From: an uncultured virus (IMG/VR IMGVR_UViG_3300048504_000529)
Lineage: Duplodnaviria > Heunggongvirae > Uroviricota > Caudoviricetes
Direction: 5' to 3' (one strand)
DNA length: 64,000 nt
Virus record (IMG/VR): IMGVR_UViG_3300048504_000529
The notes beneath the pieces are model-generated. The model saw only the letters and a program-made list of their open reading frames with translations. It was not told where the DNA came from and made no database searches. Numbering within the stretch: position 1 is the stretch's first letter; every line of letters begins with the position of its first letter. This document shows, in pieces, positions 50,346 through 60,223 of the stretch. The position numbers and the translations under genes are program-made.

Positions 50346-50395
50346 GTCTATAAATATATATCTAGTTTATTTTAAGTTATTGTTTTTAGTTGGGT

Positions 50396-53300
50396 TTAAA
50401 TTGTGTCTACGATTATTTTTTTACTTGATGTTGTAAGAGTTTTTAGTTTATTAGAACTAGAGATTACTTCAAATAATTTTATATGCGAAAAATTTAAATT
50501 ATTTTCATATATTGAATTTTCTGAAATCGCAATCTTTGCAACTTGGGTTTGACTACCAGTACCCTTGACATCAAATTTTGTTTCCGATATTTTTGTATGA
50601 AAATCACTATTTCGTTTTTCATTTCTTTGATTTACCACTATGTCAATTGATCTCGAATTAAATCCACTTTGGTGTTTAATTGGTTTGTTTACCCTCATTG
50701 GTTTTGTACTTCCAATAATACTCGTAGAATAAACTGAAAATGAAGTTGAACAAATTTCGGAGGTTTCCGTCTTTGTATTGCTAATTGGTATATATCTTTC
50801 TTTTTGAGTATCAACTATTACAATGTTGGTTACTGAAGAACTTTTCGCAAGTGAACCCGAAATTTTATTATATGATTTCACGGAGATGGTTTTTATATTA
50901 GTTTGTTTCAAATTACTATCTTGATCACTTACTAAAATTTTACCAACTAAATTTTGATTTTGATTTTTAATTACGCATATTTTATTTGAAGAAAATTCAG
51001 TTTTTGTTTTTTGTGCCACATTTTTAATAACATTTATTTTCTTAGTAATCAATGATAGACTATTTCCAATTATGTAACTAGAGTTTACTAATATTCTTGG
51101 TGATTTCCAAATTAAAGTATTTGATTTTGGTTCGTTATGTGAGGCACTACAAGATGAAAATGTAAATAGTCCAAATATTTCAAATGTTGTTGAATCATCT
51201 TGCTTTGATTCTCCATCAGTACCGAAAACTTTTAATGTATGAATTCCATCCTCTAAATATGTAAGTTCAACTTCATTTGAGTCTTTTACTAAGAATTTTT
51301 GATCGTTGTTGATTTGATAAAACCACTCTGAAAAATTTGTATCTACGACTAGTTTTACATTATTTATTTCAACGTTCTCAGTCACTTCAACTTTATCTAT
51401 ATCCAAATAATAAATTACCGGACTTGGTGATGATGTTGGTGTGGGTACTGGTATTGGTGTTGGTGTTGGTGTGGGGTCAGCAGTCGGAGTTGGTGTTTGT
51501 GTTTGAGTTTGTGTAGGAGTAGGAGTTTGTGTTGGGGTTTGTGTTGGGGTTTGTGTTTGTGTTTGTGTAGGAGTTTGTGTATGTGTCTGTGTAGGAGTTG
51601 GTGTTGGAGTAGGAGTTTGTGTTGGAGTAGGAGTTTGTGTTGGGGTTTGTGTTTGAGTTTGAGTTTGTGTAGGAGTTGGTGTTTGAGTTTGAGTTTGAGT
51701 TTGTGTAGGAGTTTGTGTTGGGGTTTGTGTTTGAGTTTGAGTTTGTGTAGGAGTTTGTGTTGGGGTTTGTGTTGGGGTTTGTGTTTGAGTTTGTGTAGGA
51801 GTTTGTGTTGGAGTAGGAGTTTGTGTTTGTGTTTGAGTTTGTGTAGGAGTTGGTGTTTGAGTTTGAGTTTGTGTAGGAGTTTGTGTAGGAGTTTGTGTTG
51901 GGGTTTGTGTAGGAGTTTGTGTTGGAGTAGGAGTTTGTGTTTGTGTTTGAGTTTGTGTAGGAGTTTGTGTTTGTGTTTGAGTTTGTGTAGGAGTTGGTGT
52001 TTGAGTTTGAGTTTGTGTAGGAGTTTGTGTAGGAGTTTGTGTTGGGGTTTGTGTTGGGGTTTGTGTTGGAGTTTGGGTAGGTGTTGGTGTTTGTGTTTGT
52101 GTTTGAGTTTGTGTAGGAGTTTGTGTTGGGGTTTGTGTTGGGGTTTGTGTTGGAGTTTGGGTAGGTGTTTGTGTTGGAGTTTGGGTAGGTGTTGGTGTTT
52201 GTGTAGGAGTAGGAGTTTGTGTTGGAGTAGGAGTTTGTGTTTGTGTTTGAGTTTGTGTAGGAGTTTGTGTTGGGGTTTGTGTTTGAGTTTGAGTTTGTGT
52301 AGGAGTTTGTGTAGGAGTTTGTGTTGGGGTTTGTGTTTGAGTTTGTGTTGGAGTAGGAGTTTGTGTTGGAGTAGGAGTTTGTGTTGGAGTAGGAGTTTGT
52401 GTTTGAGTTTGTGTAGGAGTTGGTGTTTGAGTTTGAGTTTGTGTAGGAGTTTGTGTTGGGGTTTGTGTTGGAGTTTGGGTAGGTGTTGGAGTTTCATAAC
52501 AAGTTTCTGCTCCGTCTAGATAGTAAACCCTTACATGACCTGCATCTACTTTTTGACTTGGATCGTAGAATTTAGCACCAATAGACAAAAAATCCCCTTC
52601 TGAATTTAATGCTATATCTGATCCTGATTCATCTCCATTGGATTTTCCAACGAGTGAAGTTGAAATAATTCTCCAGATTTTACCTTTTAGTTCATAGACA
52701 TTCACATATCCAGATTTATCATTAGCATTAATTGCACTCACCACAACTCTATTGCCATTTGAATTTAATTTAACAGATGATCCAAACCAATCATTTGCAG
52801 ATGTGCCATATAAAGTATTACCTAAAAGTTCGAATTTAGAATCAGTAATTTTGTAAATACGCACCGACCCACAATTAAATAAATCACCCGTATCTTCGGC
52901 ATAAGCACCTACTGCTATTACATCTCCATTATCGTTTATGTCAACACTTTTCCCAAAGAAATCACTTAATCCATTACCATTTATCTTACAAACTAAATTC
53001 CACTTAGATGTTTCATTCCTATAAACTTTCAATGTACCACTTGTACATTTTTGATATTTACATTGATAATAATTGGCATATCGTCCTATATTCGTTGGAT
53101 CACCAATGATTAAAACTTTACCATCTGAATTCAAACTTACAGAAGTACCAAACGAGTCACCAACCCGTTCACCTATTATCTCTTTATCTATAATTTCCCA
53201 ATTATTATTTTTAAATTCAAAAACTTTAACATGACCTCTGTTAAATTTTCCAGTGCCACCAATTGCTATATGATCACCACTTGAATTTAAGCATATTGAA

Positions 53301-54502
53301 TATCCGAACTTATCTCCACCAAAATCACCATTTAATGTATCACCACGTTGTTTCCACTCGAATTTATTCCACTCATAAATTTTAACATGACCACTATCTC
53401 GTCCACTGTCTCCATCGTTCAAGTGAGAACCTATGGCAATTACTTCACCATCGTCACTCATGCTCACACTCCAACCAAAATTATCTAGAAAACTTTCTCC
53501 GTCAATATCTTGACCAACTTGAACCCACTCGGAACAATCCCATTGATAAACTCTAGCATGACCACCTGCCGGATTTGATTCACTATTAAAAGGAGCACCA
53601 ATTATTACACGATCACCAACTGCGTTGGTATCAACACTCCATCCAGAACGATCTTTACTTGCTTCTCCGTCAATGTCTTCTCCTAACTGCTTCCATTGTA
53701 ATGTTATCGGAGTATCCGTTGGTGTAAGAGTTTGAGTCGGAGTTTGAGTTGGGGTTGGGGTTGGGGTTGAATCTTCTTCCCACACATTCGGTACAGGAAA
53801 TTTATTTTCAAGGTTACCTTTAAAACACTCACCAGTTTTTGTGCTAAATCTAAAATTCGTTCCTGCTTGCAAATCACCACTTATTTTTATTTCCAACGAA
53901 CCATCCGTAAATTGTAAATCACCAAGTGCAACAATAAATGGAACAAAAGTTTTATCTCCTTGAACTTCTTTATCCCAACACAAAACTCCTTCAAATGAGT
54001 TTGATTTAAATTCTACTTGATTTACTTGATCAGACCAAACCATTGATGAATCAAATAATGTTAAATTATCAAATTCTAAACAACATCCTTTATCTTCACC
54101 GAATGTATCATCAAGTAAATTCGTTGGAGTAGGAGTTTGTGTCGGAGTTTGTGTCGGAGTTTGTGTCGGAGTTTGTGTTGGTGTTTGTGTCGGAGTTTGT
54201 GTTGGTGTTTGAGTTGGTGTTGGTGTTTCTCCATTGGAAATTTTTTCTATAAATTTATATGAAACGGAATAATAATAGTATCCATTTAGTTCCATAGTTA
54301 ATGGTAGTTTTAGCATCTCAGGTTCACTGGTAAAATCAAATGTTATATCTCCAGTTGTTGCAGTTGTCTCTGCATATTCTATTAAAACTTCAGACTCAAG
54401 TTTCTCTGATGTGACCAAGAATTCAGTCCTAATTGGTGGTGAAATTTTATCACCAACTGTATATAGACTTAATATGTTACCTTCTAAGAAAAAGAAATCC
54501 AT
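50396..54502 (-). CDS. Large modular virion protein with FG-GAP-like beta-propeller and mucin-like Thr/Pro/Gln stalk
   Basis: About seven D.FG.SV..GA..G.V.VY repeats; about 350 aa of TP/TQ dipeptides. Confidence 0.8.
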   Translation of the reverse strand: MDFFFLEGNILSLYTVGDKISPPIRTEFLVTSEKLESEVLIEYAETTATTGDITFDFTSEPEMLKLPLTMELNGYYYYSVSYKFIEKISNGETPTPTQTPTQTPTQTPTQTPTQTPTQTPTQTPTPTNLLDDTFGEDKGCCLEFDNLTLFDSSMVWSDQVNQVEFKSNSFEGVLCWDKEVQGDKTFVPFIVALGDLQFTDGSLEIKISGDLQAGTNFRFSTKTGECFKGNLENKFPVPNVWEEDSTPTPTPTQTPTQTLTPTDTPITLQWKQLGEDIDGEASKDRSGWSVDTNAVGDRVIIGAPFNSESNPAGGHARVYQWDCSEWVQVGQDIDGESFLDNFGWSVSMSDDGEVIAIGSHLNDGDSGRDSGHVKIYEWNKFEWKQRGDTLNGDFGGDKFGYSICLNSSGDHIAIGGTGKFNRGHVKVFEFKNNNWEIIDKEIIGERVGDSFGTSVSLNSDGKVLIIGDPTNIGRYANYYQCKYQKCTSGTLKVYRNETSKWNLVCKINGNGLSDFFGKSVDINDNGDVIAVGAYAEDTGDLFNCGSVRIYKITDSKFELLGNTLYGTSANDWFGSSVKLNSNGNRVVVSAINANDKSGYVNVYELKGKIWRIISTSLVGKSNGDESGSDIALNSEGDFLSIGAKFYDPSQKVDAGHVRVYYLDGAETCYETPTPTQTPTQTPTQTPTQTQTQTPTPTQTQTQTPTPTQTPTPTQTPTPTQTQTQTPTQTPTQTPTQTQTQTQTPTQTPTQTQTQTQTPTPTQTPTPTQTPTPTQTPTQTPTQTPTQTPTQTPTQTPTQTQTQTQTPTPTQTPTQTPTQTPTQTPTQTPTQTQTQTPTPTQTQTQTQTPTQTQTQTQTPTPTQTPTQTPTQTPTQTPTQTQTQTPTPTQTQTQTQTPTPTQTPTQTQTQTPTQTPTQTPTQTQTQTQTPTQTPTQTQTQTQTPTPTQTQTQTQTPTQTPTPTQTPTPTPTPTQTHTQTPTQTQTQTPTQTPTQTPTPTQTQTQTPTPTADPTPTPTPIPVPTPTSSPSPVIYYLDIDKVEVTENVEINNVKLVVDTNFSEWFYQINNDQKFLVKDSNEVELTYLEDGIHTLKVFGTDGESKQDDSTTFEIFGLFTFSSCSASHNEPKSNTLIWKSPRILVNSSYIIGNSLSLITKKINVIKNVAQKTKTEFSSNKICVIKNQNQNLVGKILVSDQDSNLKQTNIKTISVKSYNKISGSLAKSSSVTNIVIVDTQKERYIPISNTKTETSEICSTSFSVYSTSIIGSTKPMRVNKPIKHQSGFNSRSIDIVVNQRNEKRNSDFHTKISETKFDVKGTGSQTQVAKIAISENSIYENNLNFSHIKLFEVISSSNKLKTLTTSSKKIIVDTI
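51430..52495 (-). repeat. Coding low-complexity repeat of TP/TQ dipeptide units
   Basis: Hexamer units such as GTTTGT, GTTTGA, GTAGGA, GTTGGG on the plus strand. Confidence 0.95.
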
Positions 54503-54557
54503 TTATATAAATATACCAAGAATCAGTAAGTTTTCTTAGTTTTTGTTTTAATGAAAT

Positions 54558-55355
54558 CTATTTAGGTGGATTGCTTTTATCAAAATGTCTATTATAATAC
54601 AATTTCTTTGGTTTCTCTGGCCTTGAAATTAATTTACACAATGGATTCCACATATCTTTTGTATTTGGACGATGCATTGTATCAATCATAACACCTATAT
54701 CATCATACCCCACATTAAACCCTTCTTTGCATATTAAAACTTTCCAAGAATTCAAATCTAGATGAAAATTTAAAATTGTGTGAAATAATCTTTTAGGTAC
54801 AAATAACATAGTGTCTACTACAACAGGATAAGAATAACCACATTCCAATTTACCCGTTTTGCAGTGCTTTTTCCAATGCCACACCATTGGAAATTTAATT
54901 TCATCCCAGTTTGGATTGAAAACTTCTAGCATTTTATCTTTCAAAAAGACATCAAATCTTGTAATAAAAACAAAGTCATATTCAACAATACCTTCATCAA
55001 AAGTATCAGAAACAATCTTCTTGTATTTTCGGTTAAACTCTGTCGTATGCTTATTCCGTTTCTCTATAATTTTTTTTACACTTATTCTATGTTCTACATT
55101 TACAACTTTTTTTGTATACCAATTAACCAAGTCGTATGTGTGTTTTGTTTGGTAAGTATCAAATTTTAAATCAATTTGACATTTAAATTTAGATTCTAAA
55201 TGAGATATAAACCTGATATGGGATTCAGTCGCCAGTTTTTGATTTTCAAATGATTCTTGTGTTAATGCAGTTTCTCTTGAATGACGACCTGCCTCACGAA
55301 ACGATTCACCTACAAGGACAATCAACCCTCTCATGTGTGAATTAATTATCTCCAA
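54558..55355 (-). CDS. Hypothetical protein, possibly glycan-modifying
   Basis: N-terminal VGESFR and YDFVFITRFD resemble GT-like proteins. Confidence 0.5.
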   Translation of the reverse strand: MEIINSHMRGLIVLVGESFREAGRHSRETALTQESFENQKLATESHIRFISHLESKFKCQIDLKFDTYQTKHTYDLVNWYTKKVVNVEHRISVKKIIEKRNKHTTEFNRKYKKIVSDTFDEGIVEYDFVFITRFDVFLKDKMLEVFNPNWDEIKFPMVWHWKKHCKTGKLECGYSYPVVVDTMLFVPKRLFHTILNFHLDLNSWKVLICKEGFNVGYDDIGVMIDTMHRPNTKDMWNPLCKLISRPEKPKKLYYNRHFDKSNPPK

Positions 55356-56671
55356 AGAAGATATCGTGTTGCATCAACATGGGTTGAATTTGTATTTTGG
55401 TGGAAACAGGCAGCGGCATAAACATTTTTATTTACCCAGGGACAATCAATAATTCTTGCAGTCCAAAGTTCACCTGTAAGATTATTTGACACTCTGTATA
55501 TAATTTGTTTATTTACTCCGTCCCAATCAATATGATACTGCATTCCAGGTGTAAATAAGTAAACAAATGCTGTATTTGGGTTAATTCCATGCATTTTTCC
55601 AGTTTCCTCTCCGTAATTTTGTTGAACTCCTTTTTCACGAATAGTTAACATACCATAACCCTTTGTAGAAGAAAGTTGTGAGAAATAAAATGCGTAATCA
55701 AGTGATGAATAATTAGCAGAAGGATTTAACGATAACCCATACATTGTAGTTTGTTGTTCAATATTAGGAACTATTGTTAATCCCCATGCTCCGAGATTTG
55801 TACTTTTGGTAGATTTACTTTTGATTCCTGCGTTCCAACCGGAACCACCAGAAATTTTTTGAAATCTATTATTTGTTCCACGCATCCCACCACCACTACT
55901 ATTGTTATGAACAAATTCATCATTTGAATAACTAGGCATTGTACATCCCTCGGTAAATTTAAATCCATCTCTAGTTTCACTGGCGTTTGAATCGTGATAA
56001 AAGTTAAATTTATAGTGCGAAGGTGATCCCGTGACACCAACTACCCCCTTGCTTCCTGTCGGACCAACGATATTGGATTTTGTTCCTTTTACTCCAACAT
56101 CTCCACCCTGAGCATTTATGCTAATTGATCCTTTTTGTCCTTTAAGTCCGACTTGTCCTTTGACTCCTTTGACTCCTTTTTGTCCGCTTGAAGCATTTTC
56201 ACCAGGTAAACCAGTTGGTCCTATCTGTCCGAGTTCACCAGTGACTTGACTTCCCTTGCTACCTTTATCACCAATTATACTGCCACCAGTTTCACCGACA
56301 TCACCAGTATCACCTCTGAAGTTAACCATGTCAGACGCAGACCTTGGTTGTCCTTTGACTCCTTTGAGTCCTTTGACTCCTTTACGTCCTTGGCCACCAC
56401 GTTCACCTACATCGCCTTCTCCACCAGAAAATCCCTTACGACCTTCATTTGCAGAAATTCCTTTAAATCCTTTTAGACCTTTTAGACCTTCACTGCCCTT
56501 GATTCCATCATCTCCAGATCTTCCTTTTTGACCAGTTTGCTCTAGATAATCTTTTAATGATGAAAAAGATACTCTATTTGTTTTACCCAATGATTCATCA
56601 ATTACCAAGAATTCTGTATTATCATTAACCTGAGATGGTTTTAGTTCTGAGATTTTTTTTAACTCTGCCAT
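55346..56671 (-). CDS. Collagen-like fibre protein with globular C-terminal head
   Basis: KKISEL N-terminal motif; long Gly-X-Y run. Confidence 0.85.
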   Translation of the reverse strand: MAELKKISELKPSQVNDNTEFLVIDESLGKTNRVSFSSLKDYLEQTGQKGRSGDDGIKGSEGLKGLKGFKGISANEGRKGFSGGEGDVGERGGQGRKGVKGLKGVKGQPRSASDMVNFRGDTGDVGETGGSIIGDKGSKGSQVTGELGQIGPTGLPGENASSGQKGVKGVKGQVGLKGQKGSISINAQGGDVGVKGTKSNIVGPTGSKGVVGVTGSPSHYKFNFYHDSNASETRDGFKFTEGCTMPSYSNDEFVHNNSSGGGMRGTNNRFQKISGGSGWNAGIKSKSTKSTNLGAWGLTIVPNIEQQTTMYGLSLNPSANYSSLDYAFYFSQLSSTKGYGMLTIREKGVQQNYGEETGKMHGINPNTAFVYLFTPGMQYHIDWDGVNKQIIYRVSNNLTGELWTARIIDCPWVNKNVYAAACFHQNTNSTHVDATRYLLWR

Positions 56672-56685
56672 AATGTGTACCCAAT

Positions 56686-58116
56686 TTAAAGGTTATCTAT
56701 GTTGTTTGAGGATTTGACCTCTGCAATTTCATGCGAAGCATCAGAATTTTGAATATTATATTTAAAATCTGACATCTTGTCCATGTAAAGTTCCTGGTTT
56801 AATATATGTTCTACATTACTATAAAAATCTGTTCCGTGGGTGTTATCAAATTCACCAAATTTATCTAATATCATATTATTGGAATAATTACCAACTAGTA
56901 TGTTGCTTATGTCAGTTGCCAAATTGGATTTTTCATTTTTAAAATATGCATCTGCTTCATCTACTCCGACTGATTCGTCTGGTATAAATTCATCACCGAT
57001 GAATTCATCTGGATATGCATTGTTAGTAGGAAGATCTCCGATTTGATATCTGTGATTCATTATATGCATTGCCGACTTGGTACCGGGTCTTATATTTGTG
57101 TTGTATCCTCGTAATTCAGCTACTCGTATTCCACTTCCGACCGTACGTATCCATTCCCCACGGTGAGAACCACCTGACCGATTATCATAATAATTGGCCC
57201 CGTTGCCTGATTTGTATTTACCTAGGCTAAGTAGTCCCGTAGAAAGATATCTTCCTGTGTATCCACCGAGTGGATTAGAGACGATATGATATTGCACTTG
57301 TGTTCCTTCTACATTAATTAACAGATGAAACCATTGATTATTAGGAATAGAATCTGCGTCCATCGCAATACCAGTGTAATGGAAATCTCCTTGAGTACCA
57401 GTGCTACCCTGTGCCTCAGTAAATATATAAAATTTCTTATTAGACAAATACATATTATGAATATGAGTTGCCCGTGTAAACATTACACCTAGCTCGGCAT
57501 CGTATTGTCCCGATGATGACAGTCTCCAATTCTCAGAATGACTTGCTTGAGCATATTGAAATTGATGAAGTACTCCTGGTGCGTTTCTGTCGACTCTCAT
57601 CATCATAGATACTGAATAATTTTTACCTAAATATGAAGTATCATTATTAGGTTTGTGTGTTGCACCCGGACAATAAAAAAGATGATGAAGTCTACTACCT
57701 GCATCACTCATATGTGCATTTAACGCGGTAGTCGTGCAAGTTCTTTTGTCACTACTTGGTAGGTGGGTAAGTGGAGGATGTGTGTTATTTATCTTACTCC
57801 CAAGATGACTTGCGTATCTACCTTTGTTTATGTCCTGGCCAATATTTTTCCACCAAAGATTTTTTTTGTAATCATATACCATATTACCACCATCGGTAGT
57901 TGTTGAACCAAAATTATTCATTGGTAAATAGGTTTTCATATTTGGGAGAAGTGTAGGTGTTGTATCTTCAGTCCATGCAACTGAACCTTTTACTTTAAGT
58001 TGTGGGACCCAATGATGCTTGCCGATTAAAGCTCTCTCGGCATCATTTTTTGCAACTCCAATGACAGCCGGAGCTCCCATTTTATGATAATTTGATAAAG
58101 AAATTTTATAGGCCAT
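56686..58116 (-). CDS. Putative fibre/adhesin with LamG/ConA-like domain
   Basis: YLPMN, YSVSMMMR, NNQWFHL, ELRGYN pattern. Confidence 0.5.
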   Translation of the reverse strand: MAYKISLSNYHKMGAPAVIGVAKNDAERALIGKHHWVPQLKVKGSVAWTEDTTPTLLPNMKTYLPMNNFGSTTTDGGNMVYDYKKNLWWKNIGQDINKGRYASHLGSKINNTHPPLTHLPSSDKRTCTTTALNAHMSDAGSRLHHLFYCPGATHKPNNDTSYLGKNYSVSMMMRVDRNAPGVLHQFQYAQASHSENWRLSSSGQYDAELGVMFTRATHIHNMYLSNKKFYIFTEAQGSTGTQGDFHYTGIAMDADSIPNNQWFHLLINVEGTQVQYHIVSNPLGGYTGRYLSTGLLSLGKYKSGNGANYYDNRSGGSHRGEWIRTVGSGIRVAELRGYNTNIRPGTKSAMHIMNHRYQIGDLPTNNAYPDEFIGDEFIPDESVGVDEADAYFKNEKSNLATDISNILVGNYSNNMILDKFGEFDNTHGTDFYSNVEHILNQELYMDKMSDFKYNIQNSDASHEIAEVKSSNNIDNL

Positions 58117-58129
58117 GATAAAAACTCCG

Positions 58130-58846
58130 TTAAGATATGTTTAGTGCTCCACCACTCCAAGATACGGATACACTACTGTTAATTCCCACGGGACCACGAG
58201 TTCCTTGTGGTCCTCGTAGTCCTTGTGGTCCTTTTTGACCAGGTTGACCAGGTTGACCTGTTTGTCCTTTTTGTCCTTTTTGTTGGGTGTCACCTTTTTG
58301 TCCTTTTTGTCCACCGTCTCCTCCAGGTCCTATTCCTCCTGGTAATCCAGGTTGACCTTTTTGTCCTTTTAATCCAAGTCCACCTTTTTGTCCTTTTATA
58401 CTAACTCCGTTGTCTCCTCGTTGACCTTTTTGGCCTGTTCCTGATTGACCTTTTTGTCCTTTTAATCCTTTGTCACCTTGTGTGGCAGAACCTCGGTCAC
58501 CTTGATCACCTCGGTCACCTTGCTCACCAGGAACTCCTGGACCACCGGGTTGACCTTTTTGTCCTTTCTCACCTTCAGATCCTCGGCCACCATCAACACC
58601 GTCTGATCCAGAGTCTCCTCTATTACCATCACTACCAGGTTGACCAGGTTGACCTTTTTGTCCTTTGGGACCAAGCATCGCACCACCAAGTGCCGACTTA
58701 ATATCTGCTAACCTTGTTTTTGAAGTGCGACCGGAAGTTCCTGCATCATCTCCACTTGTTACTGATTTGTCAATTACCACAAATTCATCGGAATCTGATA
58801 AATTATTGATCTCGTTTAGTTCGCTTATTTTTTTAACATCTGCCAT
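58130..58846 (-). CDS. Collagen-like fibre protein
   Basis: KKISELNE N-terminal motif; GQKGQPG repeats. Confidence 0.88.
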   Translation of the reverse strand: MADVKKISELNEINNLSDSDEFVVIDKSVTSGDDAGTSGRTSKTRLADIKSALGGAMLGPKGQKGQPGQPGSDGNRGDSGSDGVDGGRGSEGEKGQKGQPGGPGVPGEQGDRGDQGDRGSATQGDKGLKGQKGQSGTGQKGQRGDNGVSIKGQKGGLGLKGQKGQPGLPGGIGPGGDGGQKGQKGDTQQKGQKGQTGQPGQPGQKGPQGLRGPQGTRGPVGINSSVSVSWSGGALNIS

Positions 58847-58931
58847 TTTTAAATTGCTCCTTAAAAGTTTATCTGAAGTAAGAATAAATATATCTAAATA
58901 ATAATAATATTATGATAATTATTTATTTTAT

Positions 58932-58969
58932 AAAAAAAATGTACCCCAAACCATAAGGAAAGGGGTACA
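58932..58969 (-). terminator. Intrinsic terminator
   Basis: TGTACCCC / GGGGTACA stem followed by T8 on the minus strand. Confidence 0.8.
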
Positions 58970-59017
58970 AAACTAAAGCCTGATTGCTCAGACATATTCT
59001 AGGTGTTACCTAGAGTT

Positions 59018-59251
59018 TTACTCTTTGTCACCTGCGATCAACGCAAGAACAACAAGAAGAGTAATTAAACCAGCAAGGCTTGCACCTTCGCCAACGAATC
59101 CGTCTACGATACCCTGAAGGTTACCGATTACGTCGAATCCAACTTTATCACCGAGGACGATTTGACCTGCTACTCCGAGTCCTACAACTCCGAGGAATAT
59201 ACCTGTCAAGCCCTTAACGAATCCATTTACTTTTTCGAATATTGCTTTCAT
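59018..59251 (-). CDS. Small Gly-rich membrane protein
   Basis: Two hydrophobic segments; AAGGA RBS; structured UTRs. Confidence 0.8.
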   Translation of the reverse strand: MKAIFEKVNGFVKGLTGIFLGVVGLGVAGQIVLGDKVGFDVIGNLQGIVDGFVGEGASLAGLITLLVVLALIAGDKE

Positions 59252-59710
59252 TTTGCTATTTCCTTATGTTCTATGTTTTCTTAATTGAAAACGTGCCTTC
59301 TTAATGAAGGACTTTTTTTATAATTATAATAATAATTTATTTTTTACTATAACTAAAGAGTTTTTATAAAAAGTTATACTTTCTATCCACACCCCCGATA
59401 TGGTTGATATTACCATACATGACATTATTGTTGTCCGCCTCAAATGTATCGTTAGCATATTGCTGATTACATTTGCTATCTTTTAAAATATTCATAAAGT
59501 AACAAATATATTGCAAGATGCTATATATGTCAACTACTATTATGGGTTTTATCGTTTGAGGTGTGATCCTCGTTCTTTTGTTACTTTTTTATCAAGTGCT
59601 TTCATTTTGAAATAATGAATAGGATAAGTTATAGGTAAGCACATATATGCTATTATCCATCCTATTTTATCAATAATATAATCAAACACATTATATAAAT
59701 ATTATTAATG

Positions 59711-60073
59711 TTAGTTTTTATAATCTGTTAAATCAAAATTGTTTATTTTCATAATCCGTTTTTGTTTATCATTGGTGATGTTAACCAACCCAGGTGTCTT
59801 GGTTATTTTGACATGGTTTATTTGACACATTGTAATTTTATGGTTTTTACCATCTTCTTTGCTTAATGCCAATAATATATTGCCAATAATGTTAATTTCG
59901 GATGTATCAAGAATACCATCACCTAAATAAAAACCATGACTTGAACTTCTATTTGTTAAATGAAACCAAGTTGCAGTCGGATGTGATTTTGTATACTCAA
60001 TTACCAAGTCACTGTTTTCTTGGGCATTTGAACCAAATTTAACAATTTTGTTGTTAACTTGAAACAACTTCAT
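59711..60073 (-). CDS. NFACT RNA-binding domain (DUF814-like) protein
   Basis: G.NAQEN..L, WFHL...SSH, V..T..PG.V. Confidence 0.75.
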   Translation of the reverse strand: MKLFQVNNKIVKFGSNAQENSDLVIEYTKSHPTATWFHLTNRSSSHGFYLGDGILDTSEINIIGNILLALSKEDGKNHKITMCQINHVKITKTPGLVNITNDKQKRIMKINNFDLTDYKN

Positions 60074-60223
60074 TTAATTTAAAATTATGATTTAATATAC
60101 TTTTTATATGTAATATAAGCAATTACCACCACAGGAATAATAATTAAATAAATAGCATTAAACTGATGACTTGTATGTTCGCATAATCCACTTACACAAT
60201 CGAGATGCTTTGGATTGATTTTA

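Noticed and set aside
51430..52495. Possible CRISPR array
   Set aside because: No constant repeat with unique spacers; in-frame coding low-complexity sequence; no cas genes
51415..52519. ORFs 51415-52497 (KLQH-rich) and 51497-52519 (LCRS-rich)
   Set aside because: Alternative-frame and antisense shadows of the TP/TQ repeat
56246..58901. Short opposite-strand ORFs over the collagen genes
   Set aside because: Shadows of Gly-X-Y codon periodicity
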